NCBI GenBank assembly: GCA_964562105.1
Contig: CAZLRP010000003.1
Coordinates: 15,718 to 65,937, forward strand
Reading direction: 5' to 3'
DNA length: 50,220 nucleotides
Source of the DNA: an uncultured Candidatus Saccharibacteria bacterium
GTDB lineage: Bacteria > Patescibacteriota > Minisyncoccia > Phycocordibacterales > GWA1-40-21
The translations under genes and the position numbers were made by a program. The notes below the pieces were generated by a model. It was not told the origin of the DNA, searched no databases, and saw only the letters and a list, made by a program, of their open reading frames with translations. Positions 32,255 through 41,217 of this stretch are shown piece by piece. Within the stretch, counting starts at the first letter, position 1. The number at the start of each line of letters is the position of its first letter.

Positions 32255-32278
32255 TAGAATTACCGGTGAAATAAAATT
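32255..32278 (+). repeat. Degenerate kinase 3'-end repeat, copy 4
   Basis: TAGAATTACCGGTGAAATAAAATT vs TAGAACTGCCGGTGGAATAAGATT (20/24); reads ELPVK* vs ELPVE*. Confidence 0.55.
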
Positions 32279-32286
32279 AATTATAA

Positions 32287-34110
32287 ATGGAAAATAAAAC
32301 AATAGACGATAATAAGAATAGACTTTCGTTTTGGGATTTTTTGGCCACACTAAAGTGGCTCTTTGCTTTTAATTTTAAATTATCTCCTTGGATTGCAACA
32401 TCACAGGTTATAGTTAGAATATTTTTAGATACCAGCCCGTTGCTTAATGCTTTTATTTTTGCCAAACTTTTGGACAAAATAATTAAGATTGCTAGCAGTT
32501 CAAATTCTAATCTCGATGACATTGCTCCATTATTGGGACTTTTGCTTATTTTAAATTTGGTAATTTCTGCCTTAAATTCAGCTTACACTTATGTATCTAA
32601 TATGATGATGCAAATGTCCAACTATAAAGTACCGATAATTTTAGCCAAACATATCAATTCACTTGGAATTCAAACGTTGGAAAATCCTGAGGTTGTTAAT
32701 AAAATCCAAAGAGCAAGAGAAACTATTAATTCTATAAATAATGATTTCGAAAGGATGATAATATTTGTTGCCAGAGTCATAGTATTGATTTCCGCATCAA
32801 TTATAGTTATAAAAATAATGCCACTTATAGCTCTAATTATTGTTGTTGCTATCATTCCTGAGCTTATTTGTAATAGAGTATACATGAGAAAAAATTGGGG
32901 TTTTTGGCATTCTGAAACGGAAAATAGTCGCAGGGCTTTTTCTGCCACAGGATCATTAAATGAAGTGACAAATTTGCAAGAAATAACGATTACCTCATCT
33001 TTTCGATTACTAAGTAATGTTTTTACTAATTTTACGAATTATTATATAGCTGGGCAAAGAAAAATCATGAAAAGCTGGCAGTTTTTTGGTTTTTTCTTAG
33101 GTTCAATAACAGATATTGCAAGTATTTTTGGCTATTTCTCAATTTTAAAAAATTTATTTTATAAATTAATATCTGTTGGTGATGTGACTTTCCAAATGAG
33201 AGCACTAGATATGTTTACCAATAATTTCTCGATGGTTGTTAATGGTTTTGGCGGTCTTTATGAGCGTTCTATCAGAATTAATGAAGTTAAAATCGTTTTT
33301 GATATGAAACCAATGGTAGAGGATGGCAATATAAAATTACCAAAATTAGAAATAACTCCTAGTATTAAATTTGAGAACATTAGTTTTAAATATCCCGGTG
33401 CCGATAGTTATGTTATTAAAAATCTTAATCTTGACATCAAATCCGGAGAAAAAATAGCTATAGTTGGTGAAAATGGCGCAGGTAAAACAACTTTGGTAAA
33501 ACTTTTGAGCAGGTTCTACAAAGTAGATGATGGATCTATTTTATTAAATGATATAAATATTAATAATATAGAGATAGAAAGCTGGTATAAAAATTTAGGA
33601 GTATTATTTCAAGATTACAATACTTATCCTTATTTGACGCTTAAAGAAAATATTTATCTGGGAAAGTCTGATGAACCTTTGGATATGTCTAAAATTCAAG
33701 TTGCAGCACAACAGGCAAATGTTAACTCTTTTATTGAAGGTTACAAAAATGGCTATGATCAGGTTTTGAGTGAAAAATACAAGGGAGGTACACGTCCGAG
33801 CACTGGGCAATGGCAAAAAATAGCTATAGCTAGATTTTTCTATCGTAATTCACCGGTAGTAGTGTTTGATGAACCAACCGCTTCAATAGATGCTGTTTCT
33901 GAGGCCGAAATTTTTGGCAAGATTTATGATTTCTTCACAGACAAAACGGTCATAATTATTTCTCATAGATTTTCTACAGTTCGCAATGCTGACAAGATCT
34001 ATGTTTTGGATAAGGGAGAAATAATTGAAAGTGGAAACCATGATGAACTTATAAAATTAGAAGGAAAATATTATAAAGCATTCAATATTCAAGCAAAAGG
34101 ATATAAATAG
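32287..34110 (+). CDS. ABC exporter, fused TMD-NBD
   Basis: Multi-TM N-half; GENGAGKT; variant signature PSTGQWQ; VFDEPT; SHRFSTV. Confidence 0.9.
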   Translation: MENKTIDDNKNRLSFWDFLATLKWLFAFNFKLSPWIATSQVIVRIFLDTSPLLNAFIFAKLLDKIIKIASSSNSNLDDIAPLLGLLLILNLVISALNSAYTYVSNMMMQMSNYKVPIILAKHINSLGIQTLENPEVVNKIQRARETINSINNDFERMIIFVARVIVLISASIIVIKIMPLIALIIVVAIIPELICNRVYMRKNWGFWHSETENSRRAFSATGSLNEVTNLQEITITSSFRLLSNVFTNFTNYYIAGQRKIMKSWQFFGFFLGSITDIASIFGYFSILKNLFYKLISVGDVTFQMRALDMFTNNFSMVVNGFGGLYERSIRINEVKIVFDMKPMVEDGNIKLPKLEITPSIKFENISFKYPGADSYVIKNLNLDIKSGEKIAIVGENGAGKTTLVKLLSRFYKVDDGSILLNDININNIEIESWYKNLGVLFQDYNTYPYLTLKENIYLGKSDEPLDMSKIQVAAQQANVNSFIEGYKNGYDQVLSEKYKGGTRPSTGQWQKIAIARFFYRNSPVVVFDEPTASIDAVSEAEIFGKIYDFFTDKTVIIISHRFSTVRNADKIYVLDKGEIIESGNHDELIKLEGKYYKAFNIQAKGYK

Positions 34111-34216
34111 ATAACTTGCATTTTGTCCGATAATAGAGCAAAATTATGCATTAAGTGTTATTAATTAAATATCCCAGTCAAATAAAAATACTTTGACGGG
34201 ACAAGAACAAAATATT

Positions 34217-34738
34217 ATGGGAAATTTTGATCAAGGTAGAGGAAATCGTTTTGGTGGAGGTAATAGAGGTGGTGGAGGCAGACCCAGTTTTGGTGGTGGA
34301 AGGCCAAGTTTTAGAAGAGAAGACAGAGGTCCTGTTACTATGACCCAGGTTACTTGTGATGAATGTAAGAAGCCTTGTGAAGTTCCTTTTAGACCAACAG
34401 CGGGCAAGCCGGTGTATTGCAATGACTGCTTCAGAAATCACGGAGGTGGAAGCCAGGATAGAGGACCAAGAAAGGATTTCAATAGACCAGCTCCAAGATC
34501 TAGCTTCGGAAGCAATGACCCTAGTCAAATAAAAAGCCAATTTGACGGGGCAGGAGGCGGAAATGATATAAAGAAACAGTTGGAATCGTTAAATGTAAAA
34601 TTAGACAAGCTCATTTCTTCTATAGAAAATCTTTCTCAAGGGAAATCTGCTCAAAAAACAGAAATCGTGAAAAGTATGACAGTTTCTACTCCAAAGAAAG
34701 AAGTCAAGAAATCTCCAAAGAAAAAAGTTAAAAAATAA
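34217..34738 (+). CDS. CxxC-x17-CxxC zinc-ribbon protein with an RG-rich N-terminus
   Basis: CDEC..CEVPFRPTAGKPVYCNDCF; ATG at 34217 preferred; terminator at 34791-34822. Confidence 0.85.
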   Translation: MGNFDQGRGNRFGGGNRGGGGRPSFGGGRPSFRREDRGPVTMTQVTCDECKKPCEVPFRPTAGKPVYCNDCFRNHGGGSQDRGPRKDFNRPAPRSSFGSNDPSQIKSQFDGAGGGNDIKKQLESLNVKLDKLISSIENLSQGKSAQKTEIVKSMTVSTPKKEVKKSPKKKVKK

Positions 34739-34836
34739 TTTATTAAAATTTTATGAAAATATACGAGCAGGATTGGTAAAAATAAAACATAAAGGCGGTT
34801 TGGCGGAGCCAAACCGCCTTTTGTATTTTATTATTG

Positions 34837-35196
34837 TGTCATTCCCGCGTGGGCGGGAATCCAGTGTGAAATTATAATTCTAAACTTAAATCTTTCCATT
34901 CTGGATTTTCTTTTTCAATCAACCTTCTTTTCCAGAGCCTATTCCATTTTTTTATACATTTTTCTCTTGCGATTGCACTTCCAATATTCGTTGTTTGTTC
35001 ATAATATACAAGCATTTTTATATTGTATTTTTTGGTAAAACCATCAATTAAGCTATTTTTGTGTTCACATACTCTTCTCAATAAATCGTTTGTGACTCCT
35101 GTATATAATGTTCCATCACGCTTGCTTGCTAAAATATAAACGTAATAATACTTCATAAAACCATTATACTGGATTCCCGCCTACGCGGGAATGACA
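34837..35196. mobile_element. GIY-YIG nuclease gene bracketed by 29-bp inverted palindromic repeats (putative small selfish element)
   Basis: Left TGTCATTCCCGCGTGGGCGGGAATCCAGT (34837-34865); right ACTGGATTCCCGCCTACGCGGGAATGACA (35168-35196); 1 mismatch. Confidence 0.7.
34872..35156 (-). CDS. GIY-YIG nuclease (YhbQ/UPF0213-like)
   Basis: YYVYILAS..GTLYTGVT..RRV.EH..AIAREK.IKKW.R.WK..LIE..NP.W.DL. Confidence 0.9.
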   Translation of the reverse strand: MKYYYVYILASKRDGTLYTGVTNDLLRRVCEHKNSLIDGFTKKYNIKMLVYYEQTTNIGSAIAREKCIKKWNRLWKRRLIEKENPEWKDLSLEL

Positions 35197-35248
35197 ATTC
35201 GAAAAAACAAGTATCAAAACTCAAATATATTTGCTATAATCGATTTCT

Positions 35249-36034
35249 ATGACCAACAAAAACAGAGTATTTGCTATAGTGCTTTTTGTCATAATCACAG
35301 GAGGACTAGTACTTTTATATTCAGGTTTTTTTAATTTTCATGCTCCAGACTTGAGAACTTACAAGGGTTGGATGCCTGCACTTATTGGTACTGCTGCCTT
35401 GGTGGATAGTGTTAACCCATGTGCTTTTTCTGTACTATTCTTATCAATTACTTTCTTATTTGGCTTGGGTAAATCAAGAAGGGATGTTGTAAAAGCAGGT
35501 TTAGCTTATGTTTTTGGAATTTTTGCTACCTATACTTTGATAGGACTTGGCATTTTGAAAGTTTTAAGTTTGTTTAATATACCGAATCTAATGTCAAAAA
35601 TAGGAGCAACAGCAATTATAACTTTTGGTGTCGTAGCTCTCATAAATGAATTTTTTCCAAATTTCCCCATAAAGCTTAAAATCCCAAAATTTGCTTACGG
35701 AAATATTGCCAAACTTATGGAAAAAGCTACTCTGCCGGCAGCACTTTTACTAGGTTTTGTTGTAGGTCTTTTTGAATTTCCTTGTACCGGAGGGCCATAT
35801 TTATTTGTACTCGGACTTTTGCATGATGAAAGTAATTTTTTAAAAGGATTGGTATATTTGTTGTTTTATAATCTTGTATTTGTGCTTCCTCTCATTGTTA
35901 TTTTAGCAATATCTGTGAATAAAAAGGTGCTTCAAGTTGTTGATAATATAAGAAGAGCAGAAACCAAAAAAGCTAGAATATGGCTGGCTCTCGCTATGAT
36001 ATTTTTGGGTTCGCTCGTTTTTATGATAAACTGA
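35249..36034 (+). CDS. CcdA/DsbD-beta-like membrane electron transporter
   Basis: DSVNPCAF and FEFPCTGGPY Cys-Pro motifs; multi-TM. Confidence 0.8.
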   Translation: MTNKNRVFAIVLFVIITGGLVLLYSGFFNFHAPDLRTYKGWMPALIGTAALVDSVNPCAFSVLFLSITFLFGLGKSRRDVVKAGLAYVFGIFATYTLIGLGILKVLSLFNIPNLMSKIGATAIITFGVVALINEFFPNFPIKLKIPKFAYGNIAKLMEKATLPAALLLGFVVGLFEFPCTGGPYLFVLGLLHDESNFLKGLVYLLFYNLVFVLPLIVILAISVNKKVLQVVDNIRRAETKKARIWLALAMIFLGSLVFMIN

Positions 36035-36181
36035 AGTACAGTTATAAAGTTATTGAAAAAACAAAAATGACTTGTCCCGTTACAAATAACGAGATGAATC
36101 AAAAAGAAAAATATAAGTTAAATCAAAAATAAAGTAAAATAAGTCGATAAATATTTATAGGCATAAAAATTTGTAACTGGG

Positions 36182-36682
36182 ATGAATAAAGAAATAAATT
36201 ATGAAGAAATAATCAAAAAGGTAGAAGAACTTAAAAAGGGGAAAAACTTTGACCTTTCTACTGAAGAAGATTTAGCTATAGCCATCATGAATCTTATCAG
36301 TCTTGAGGAGCATTTTTTCTTCACGGGTTCAAAGACAGACAAACCGGAATATTTTGATCTTTTACTAGAAGTACGTTCAGTCAGAACAAAACTTCTTGCG
36401 AAGATGATTGACAAGACAGAAGGGGAAGTCTGGTGCATCTCAAAGCATTTATTGGCAACTTCCATGAGACTTTTTGAGGTTGGTACAAAACTTCAATCAG
36501 ATAATAAAAAAGATGAAGCCAGAGAAACATATGAACAAGCTTATAAAATGTTCAATATGTTTTTTGCTTTGAGGCTAAAAATAATTAATATCTGTGATGT
36601 AAAAGATTCAGCCGATGAAAATAAACCTATGACTATGAACGATATTATGGCTAGACTCGTAGATTGTTGTGATGAAAAATAA
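36182..36682 (+). CDS. Hypothetical protein (WCISKH, C-terminal DCC)
   Basis: 166-aa ORF with clean spacing in the operon. Confidence 0.7.
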   Translation: MNKEINYEEIIKKVEELKKGKNFDLSTEEDLAIAIMNLISLEEHFFFTGSKTDKPEYFDLLLEVRSVRTKLLAKMIDKTEGEVWCISKHLLATSMRLFEVGTKLQSDNKKDEARETYEQAYKMFNMFFALRLKIINICDVKDSADENKPMTMNDIMARLVDCCDEK

Positions 36683-36749
36683 GATAAACATACGAATATA
36701 CGAATCATTCGAATGATACGAATGGCTACGAATAAATACAATAAATATT

Positions 36750-37157
36750 ATGAATAGACAAAATAAAATTATCATAGGAAGTGCAGTAATAATTTCTTTA
36801 ATTATAATTATTTTTGCTGTAGTTAGTATTAATAATAAAAACAAAATTCCGGGCTTGTATGATAACTTTGCCCAATGTTTGACGGATAAAGGCGCAATAA
36901 TGTATGGCGCTGAGTGGTGCGCGCATTGCAAAGAACAGAAGGAAATTTTCGGTGATTCATTTAGATTAATTAAATATGTAGAATGTCCGGATAATACGCA
37001 ACTATGTATAGATAGAGGAATACAAGGATACCCCACATGGCTTATAGGGACAAGTACTAAATTGGAAGGCTTTGATAAAAAAACAACAATGAAAGAACTT
37101 TCAGACGCTACAGGATGCCCTCTACCCGATATTAATACAACAAGTACTGTTGAATAA
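36750..37157 (+). CDS. Membrane-anchored thioredoxin-like protein (VKOR-associated Trx type)
   Basis: MYGAEWCAHC, YVECP, cis-Pro GYPTW. Confidence 0.8.
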   Translation: MNRQNKIIIGSAVIISLIIIIFAVVSINNKNKIPGLYDNFAQCLTDKGAIMYGAEWCAHCKEQKEIFGDSFRLIKYVECPDNTQLCIDRGIQGYPTWLIGTSTKLEGFDKKTTMKELSDATGCPLPDINTTSTVE

Positions 37158-37178
37158 AATTTTTAATTTAAATTATTT

Positions 37179-37655
37179 ATGAATAAAAAAACAATTATAT
37201 CGACGACAGCAATTTTAATCGTACTAATATTATTGGTATTGATTTTTGATTGGGGAAGGAAGGGTCAATTGCCAGGCCTGAATAATAATATTTCAACAAG
37301 TACTGTGGAGCAAAATTCTTCTTCTACTCTAGATATGCCTATTGTTGTAAGTTATCCTTTGGACAATCAAGAAGTATCAAGTCCTATAAAAATAAAAGGG
37401 AAAGCGAGAGGGTATTGGTTTTTTGAAGCTTCATTTCCAATACAACTCGCCGACATAGATGGAAATATAATTACCACTGTCATAGCTACAGCAGAAAGTG
37501 ATTGGATGACTACGGATTTTGTAAATTTTACAGCTGAAGTAAATTATGATAATGCTTCAAGCACCGGTCCCGCTTTACTGGTCTTGAAGAGGGATAATCC
37601 TTCTGATAATCCAGAATTTGACCAATCAATTTTTATTCCTGTAATTCTTAAATAG
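37179..37655 (+). CDS. Gmad2-type immunoglobulin-like domain protein, membrane-anchored
   Basis: SSP..IKGKARGYWFFEASFPI..DWMTTDFVNF..DNPSD. Confidence 0.75.
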   Translation: MNKKTIISTTAILIVLILLVLIFDWGRKGQLPGLNNNISTSTVEQNSSSTLDMPIVVSYPLDNQEVSSPIKIKGKARGYWFFEASFPIQLADIDGNIITTVIATAESDWMTTDFVNFTAEVNYDNASSTGPALLVLKRDNPSDNPEFDQSIFIPVILK

Positions 37656-37719
37656 CTTATAGGTTTTAGTTGTTAGGTGTTAGAAAAACAGAAAATCAAT
37701 AATCAATCCAGTCGCTAAA

Positions 37720-38889
37720 ATGAAAAAACTGCTAAATTTTAAAAAATCTACTCTTTTTACGTTATACATATTGGGTTTTATATTTGCTTTCACTTCAGCC
37801 ATACCTGCTTATATAAACTCAAGTTTTTTAACTAGTATAACCAATGAACATGCTATAGGTATCATATATTCAATAGGTTCTATTTTGAGCTTGATTGCGC
37901 TTATATCCATTCCGAAATTTCTAAAAAAATATGGAAATTATAAAGTAATCGTTGCTATTGCCGTAGTTTATTTTTTTGATTTTTTAGGTTTGGCTCTTAT
38001 ATCTAATGTTTATCTTCTGTTGTTTTGCTTCATTATTTTGGGAGCTATGACCACAGTGATTTATTTTAATTTGGATGTTTTTTTGGAACACAACTCTTCT
38101 GATATAAAAACTGGCGGAATAAGAAGCGCTTATTTGACCTGTATAAATCTTGCCTGGCTCATTTCTCCATGGATTGCCGGAATTATTGTTGGCGATTCTT
38201 CTTATAAAAAGATATATTTTATCGTCGCTTTGCTTGTAATACCTATAATTCTTATAATATCTTCAAATTTAAAAAATTTTAAAGATCCAGAATATAAAAC
38301 TTATAATTTATTGGAAACCATAAAAAGTATCAATACGAATAAAAATATTAAAAATATCTGGATGTCCAATTTTTTGTTACAGGTATTTTTTTCTTGGATG
38401 GTTATTTATACGCCAATTTATTTGAACAGGTACATTGGTTTTAGCTGGGGGACTATTGGAATTATGTTTTCTATAATGCTCCTGCCGTTTGTTCTGTTGC
38501 AAATTCCATCGGGATATTTTGCAGACAAAAAATGTGGAGAAAAAGAAATTCTTACAATTGGTTTTATTATTATGGGAATTTCTACCGCTATCATTCCCTT
38601 GATCAGTGACAACAGTTTTTTAATTTGGACATTGATACTTTTTACGACAAGAATAGGTGCGGCCATGGTAGAAGTAATGAATGACACGTATTTTTTTAAG
38701 AATATCAGTGATAAAAATCTAAATACAATAAATTTATATAGAACGACTAATTCTTTAGCTTATATAATTTCTCCTATAATTACTACAATACTCATATTTT
38801 TTGTTCCCTTAGGTAATATCTATTATATTTTGGGGTTGATGATGATTTTCGGACTAAAATATAGCTTGGCGATAAAAGACACCAAATAA
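37720..38889 (+). CDS. MFS transporter
   Basis: About 12 TM; GYFADKKCG loop motif. Confidence 0.85.
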   Translation: MKKLLNFKKSTLFTLYILGFIFAFTSAIPAYINSSFLTSITNEHAIGIIYSIGSILSLIALISIPKFLKKYGNYKVIVAIAVVYFFDFLGLALISNVYLLLFCFIILGAMTTVIYFNLDVFLEHNSSDIKTGGIRSAYLTCINLAWLISPWIAGIIVGDSSYKKIYFIVALLVIPIILIISSNLKNFKDPEYKTYNLLETIKSINTNKNIKNIWMSNFLLQVFFSWMVIYTPIYLNRYIGFSWGTIGIMFSIMLLPFVLLQIPSGYFADKKCGEKEILTIGFIIMGISTAIIPLISDNSFLIWTLILFTTRIGAAMVEVMNDTYFFKNISDKNLNTINLYRTTNSLAYIISPIITTILIFFVPLGNIYYILGLMMIFGLKYSLAIKDTK

Positions 38890-39013
38890 GAATCTTTAAT
38901 TTTGGAAAAATTCTGCGTTGTCGACTCCGTTTGCTCCTGCGCAGTACATTAAAGTACAGCTTAGTCGCAATACTCGTCGCCGTCTTGAATTTTTCTCAAA
39001 ATAAAAGATTCTT
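38888..39013. repeat. Imperfect long hairpin/REP-like element
   Basis: AAGAATCTTT..GAAAAATTC paired with GAATTTTTC..AAAGATTCTT around a GC-richer interior. Confidence 0.5.
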
Positions 39014-39033
39014 GAAATAACTTATTGAAATAC

Positions 39034-39066
39034 AAAAGGCCGGCTCGCTCCGCGAGCCGGCCTTTT
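39034..39066. terminator. Bidirectional terminator between the MFS gene and rnj
   Basis: AAAAGGCCGGCTCGC-tcc-GCGAGCCGGCCTTTT. Confidence 0.8.
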
Positions 39067-39077
39067 GTATTTCTTTT

Positions 39078-41066
39078 TTAAACCCCTATTACCACCGGTA
39101 TAACCATCGGCTTCTTTGCTGTTTCTTGGAATAAATACCTGCTTACATTATCAGTGATTGCATCTTTTAACATATCAAAGTTTATTGGGTTTCCAACAGC
39201 TCCTTCCTCAACTGTTTTTTTAATTATAAATCTCGTGTTTTTTAATAAATCCTGAGATTCTTTCAAGTACACAAAACCTCTTGAAATAATATCCGGAGAT
39301 TTTTTTAATTTGCCAGTATTTACATCAATACTTGCGATAATTACGAACATTCCATCCTGCGCAAGCATTTGTCTATCTCTGATAACAACTTCCTGTACGT
39401 CTCCCACAGAGAATCCGTCCACCATGACGATTCCTGATGGCGCTTTTTCTTTCAGTATTTTTATTTTTGCGCCGTTATCTGTTATTTCAATTATGCTTCC
39501 GTTGTCTGGAACTACGATATTTTCTCTTGGCGTTCCTTTAGCAGAAACTGAAAGCTCAGCATGCATTTTTAGCATATAGTGATGTCCGTGATAGGGCATA
39601 AAGAACTTATAAGGAATCTGTCTATGTATCCACTCTAGTTCTGATTTTTTACCATGTCCTCCAGCATGAACATCACTATCTGCATAAGTAATTATTTTTG
39701 AATCATGCCTAAACAAATTATCTTTTAATCCTGCAACATCTCTTTCATTTCCTGGAACGACAGATGAAGACAAAATAATAGTATCTGTCTTATTTAATTT
39801 TATATATTTATGTGCATTACTAGCCATTCTTGTGAGAGCAGAAAATTCTTCACCTTGTCCTCCTGTGGATAGTACCAAAAGTTTATGTGGAGGATAATCT
39901 TGCATATCTTCAACTGGAATAATGTGTTTTGTATCAGCAAGTTTTAGGTATTTAACAATTTCTATGTTATTTTTCATACTTCTACCTTCTATAACCAATT
40001 TTTTGCTGTATTTCTCAGCTATTTTTATAAAACGTAAAATACGTTCAACTTGAGATGAAAAAGTTGCAATGATAACCCTTCCAGGAGCATTTTTTGCTAT
40101 TTCATCTATTGTTGCAATAACTTGATCCTCGGATATTCCCCAACCCGGTTTTTCTATTCCGGTAGAATCCATCATTAAGAGAAGAATTTTCCTGTTTTGT
40201 AAAACTTTGTATTGTTCAAATTCTTTTTCTTTTGGAACACCATTAACATTATCCACTCTTACATCTCCTGTGGCAACGATATCTCCAAGTGGCGTTTCAA
40301 TTATTATGCCTGTAGAATCTGGAATAGCGTGAGTAATACCAAAAAATCTAATTTTAAGATTAGGGGTAATAGGAAGAAACTCAGTATTTTTATCTATCAT
40401 TTTTATATTTAATTCAGGGAGGTGGGGAAATTCCGTTTGTCTTTTCTTTATTAAAAGTGCCCCAAATTCTCTTGTGTAGATTGGAGGATTACCCAAAGTT
40501 TCCATTATAAAAGGTATTGCCCCAACATGATCTAAGTGACCATGAGTGATTACTAAACCTCTTATTTTTCCTTTTCTTTGTTCAAGATATTTCGTATTTG
40601 GGAGGATGAAATCTATACCAGGAGTTTCTTCAGTTTTGAATTGTATTCCTGCGTCTATAATAATAATATCATCACCATATTCCACTACAGTCATATTTTT
40701 ACCTATTCCTTCAACTCCTCCGAGGGGAATAATTCTTATGTTACCTTCAGCTAGTGGCGGAATTATTTGTTCTCTTTTTGTTGCAAATTCTGAAGTTACT
40801 TTTCTAACCCCATGTTTTCTTTGTACGTTTTTTCTATTGCTATTTTGATTATTAGACTGTCCTTTCCTTACAAAGACAAGATTTTTTCCTGTTTGCACAG
40901 GCGGGTTTGAAGTTCTTAGTTTGTTTAAGTTTTCGGCTACAAAAGATTTGGTGCCGGTATTTATGTTGTTTGAAACTGTGGAAAAAGACCTGCTGTTCTG
41001 GTTGGATTTTATTGGAACAAACTTCTTCTCATTTCCACTATGCTGGTTTTGTTGGTTGTTGATCAT
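39078..41066 (-). CDS. rnj: Ribonuclease J
   Basis: PLGGVEGIGKNM, THGHLDHVG, DVHAGGH, PDIISRGF, PMVIPVVI; long disordered N-terminus. Confidence 0.95.
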   Translation of the reverse strand: MINNQQNQHSGNEKKFVPIKSNQNSRSFSTVSNNINTGTKSFVAENLNKLRTSNPPVQTGKNLVFVRKGQSNNQNSNRKNVQRKHGVRKVTSEFATKREQIIPPLAEGNIRIIPLGGVEGIGKNMTVVEYGDDIIIIDAGIQFKTEETPGIDFILPNTKYLEQRKGKIRGLVITHGHLDHVGAIPFIMETLGNPPIYTREFGALLIKKRQTEFPHLPELNIKMIDKNTEFLPITPNLKIRFFGITHAIPDSTGIIIETPLGDIVATGDVRVDNVNGVPKEKEFEQYKVLQNRKILLLMMDSTGIEKPGWGISEDQVIATIDEIAKNAPGRVIIATFSSQVERILRFIKIAEKYSKKLVIEGRSMKNNIEIVKYLKLADTKHIIPVEDMQDYPPHKLLVLSTGGQGEEFSALTRMASNAHKYIKLNKTDTIILSSSVVPGNERDVAGLKDNLFRHDSKIITYADSDVHAGGHGKKSELEWIHRQIPYKFFMPYHGHHYMLKMHAELSVSAKGTPRENIVVPDNGSIIEITDNGAKIKILKEKAPSGIVMVDGFSVGDVQEVVIRDRQMLAQDGMFVIIASIDVNTGKLKKSPDIISRGFVYLKESQDLLKNTRFIIKKTVEEGAVGNPINFDMLKDAITDNVSRYLFQETAKKPMVIPVVIGV

Positions 41067-41165
41067 ATATTAGCTTGTAGCTTATTAGCTTTTTAGTTAG
41101 TAGGAAATACCTAAAAACTTGAAAACCAAAATATTAATTATTAAATTTATAAATTATTTTTTGAC

Positions 41166-41188
41166 ATTTGGACACTCGGTGTCCAAAT
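41166..41188. repeat. Short REP-like palindrome
   Basis: ATTTGGACAC-tcg-GTGTCCAAAT. Confidence 0.6.
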
Positions 41189-41217
41189 CGGGATTATTTA
41201 TTCGCATATTCGTATGT

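Noticed and set aside
36067-36132. 21-codon ORF MTCPVTNNEM.. resembling a YHS-domain start
   Set aside because: Too short, with no SD or further similarity; at most a relic.
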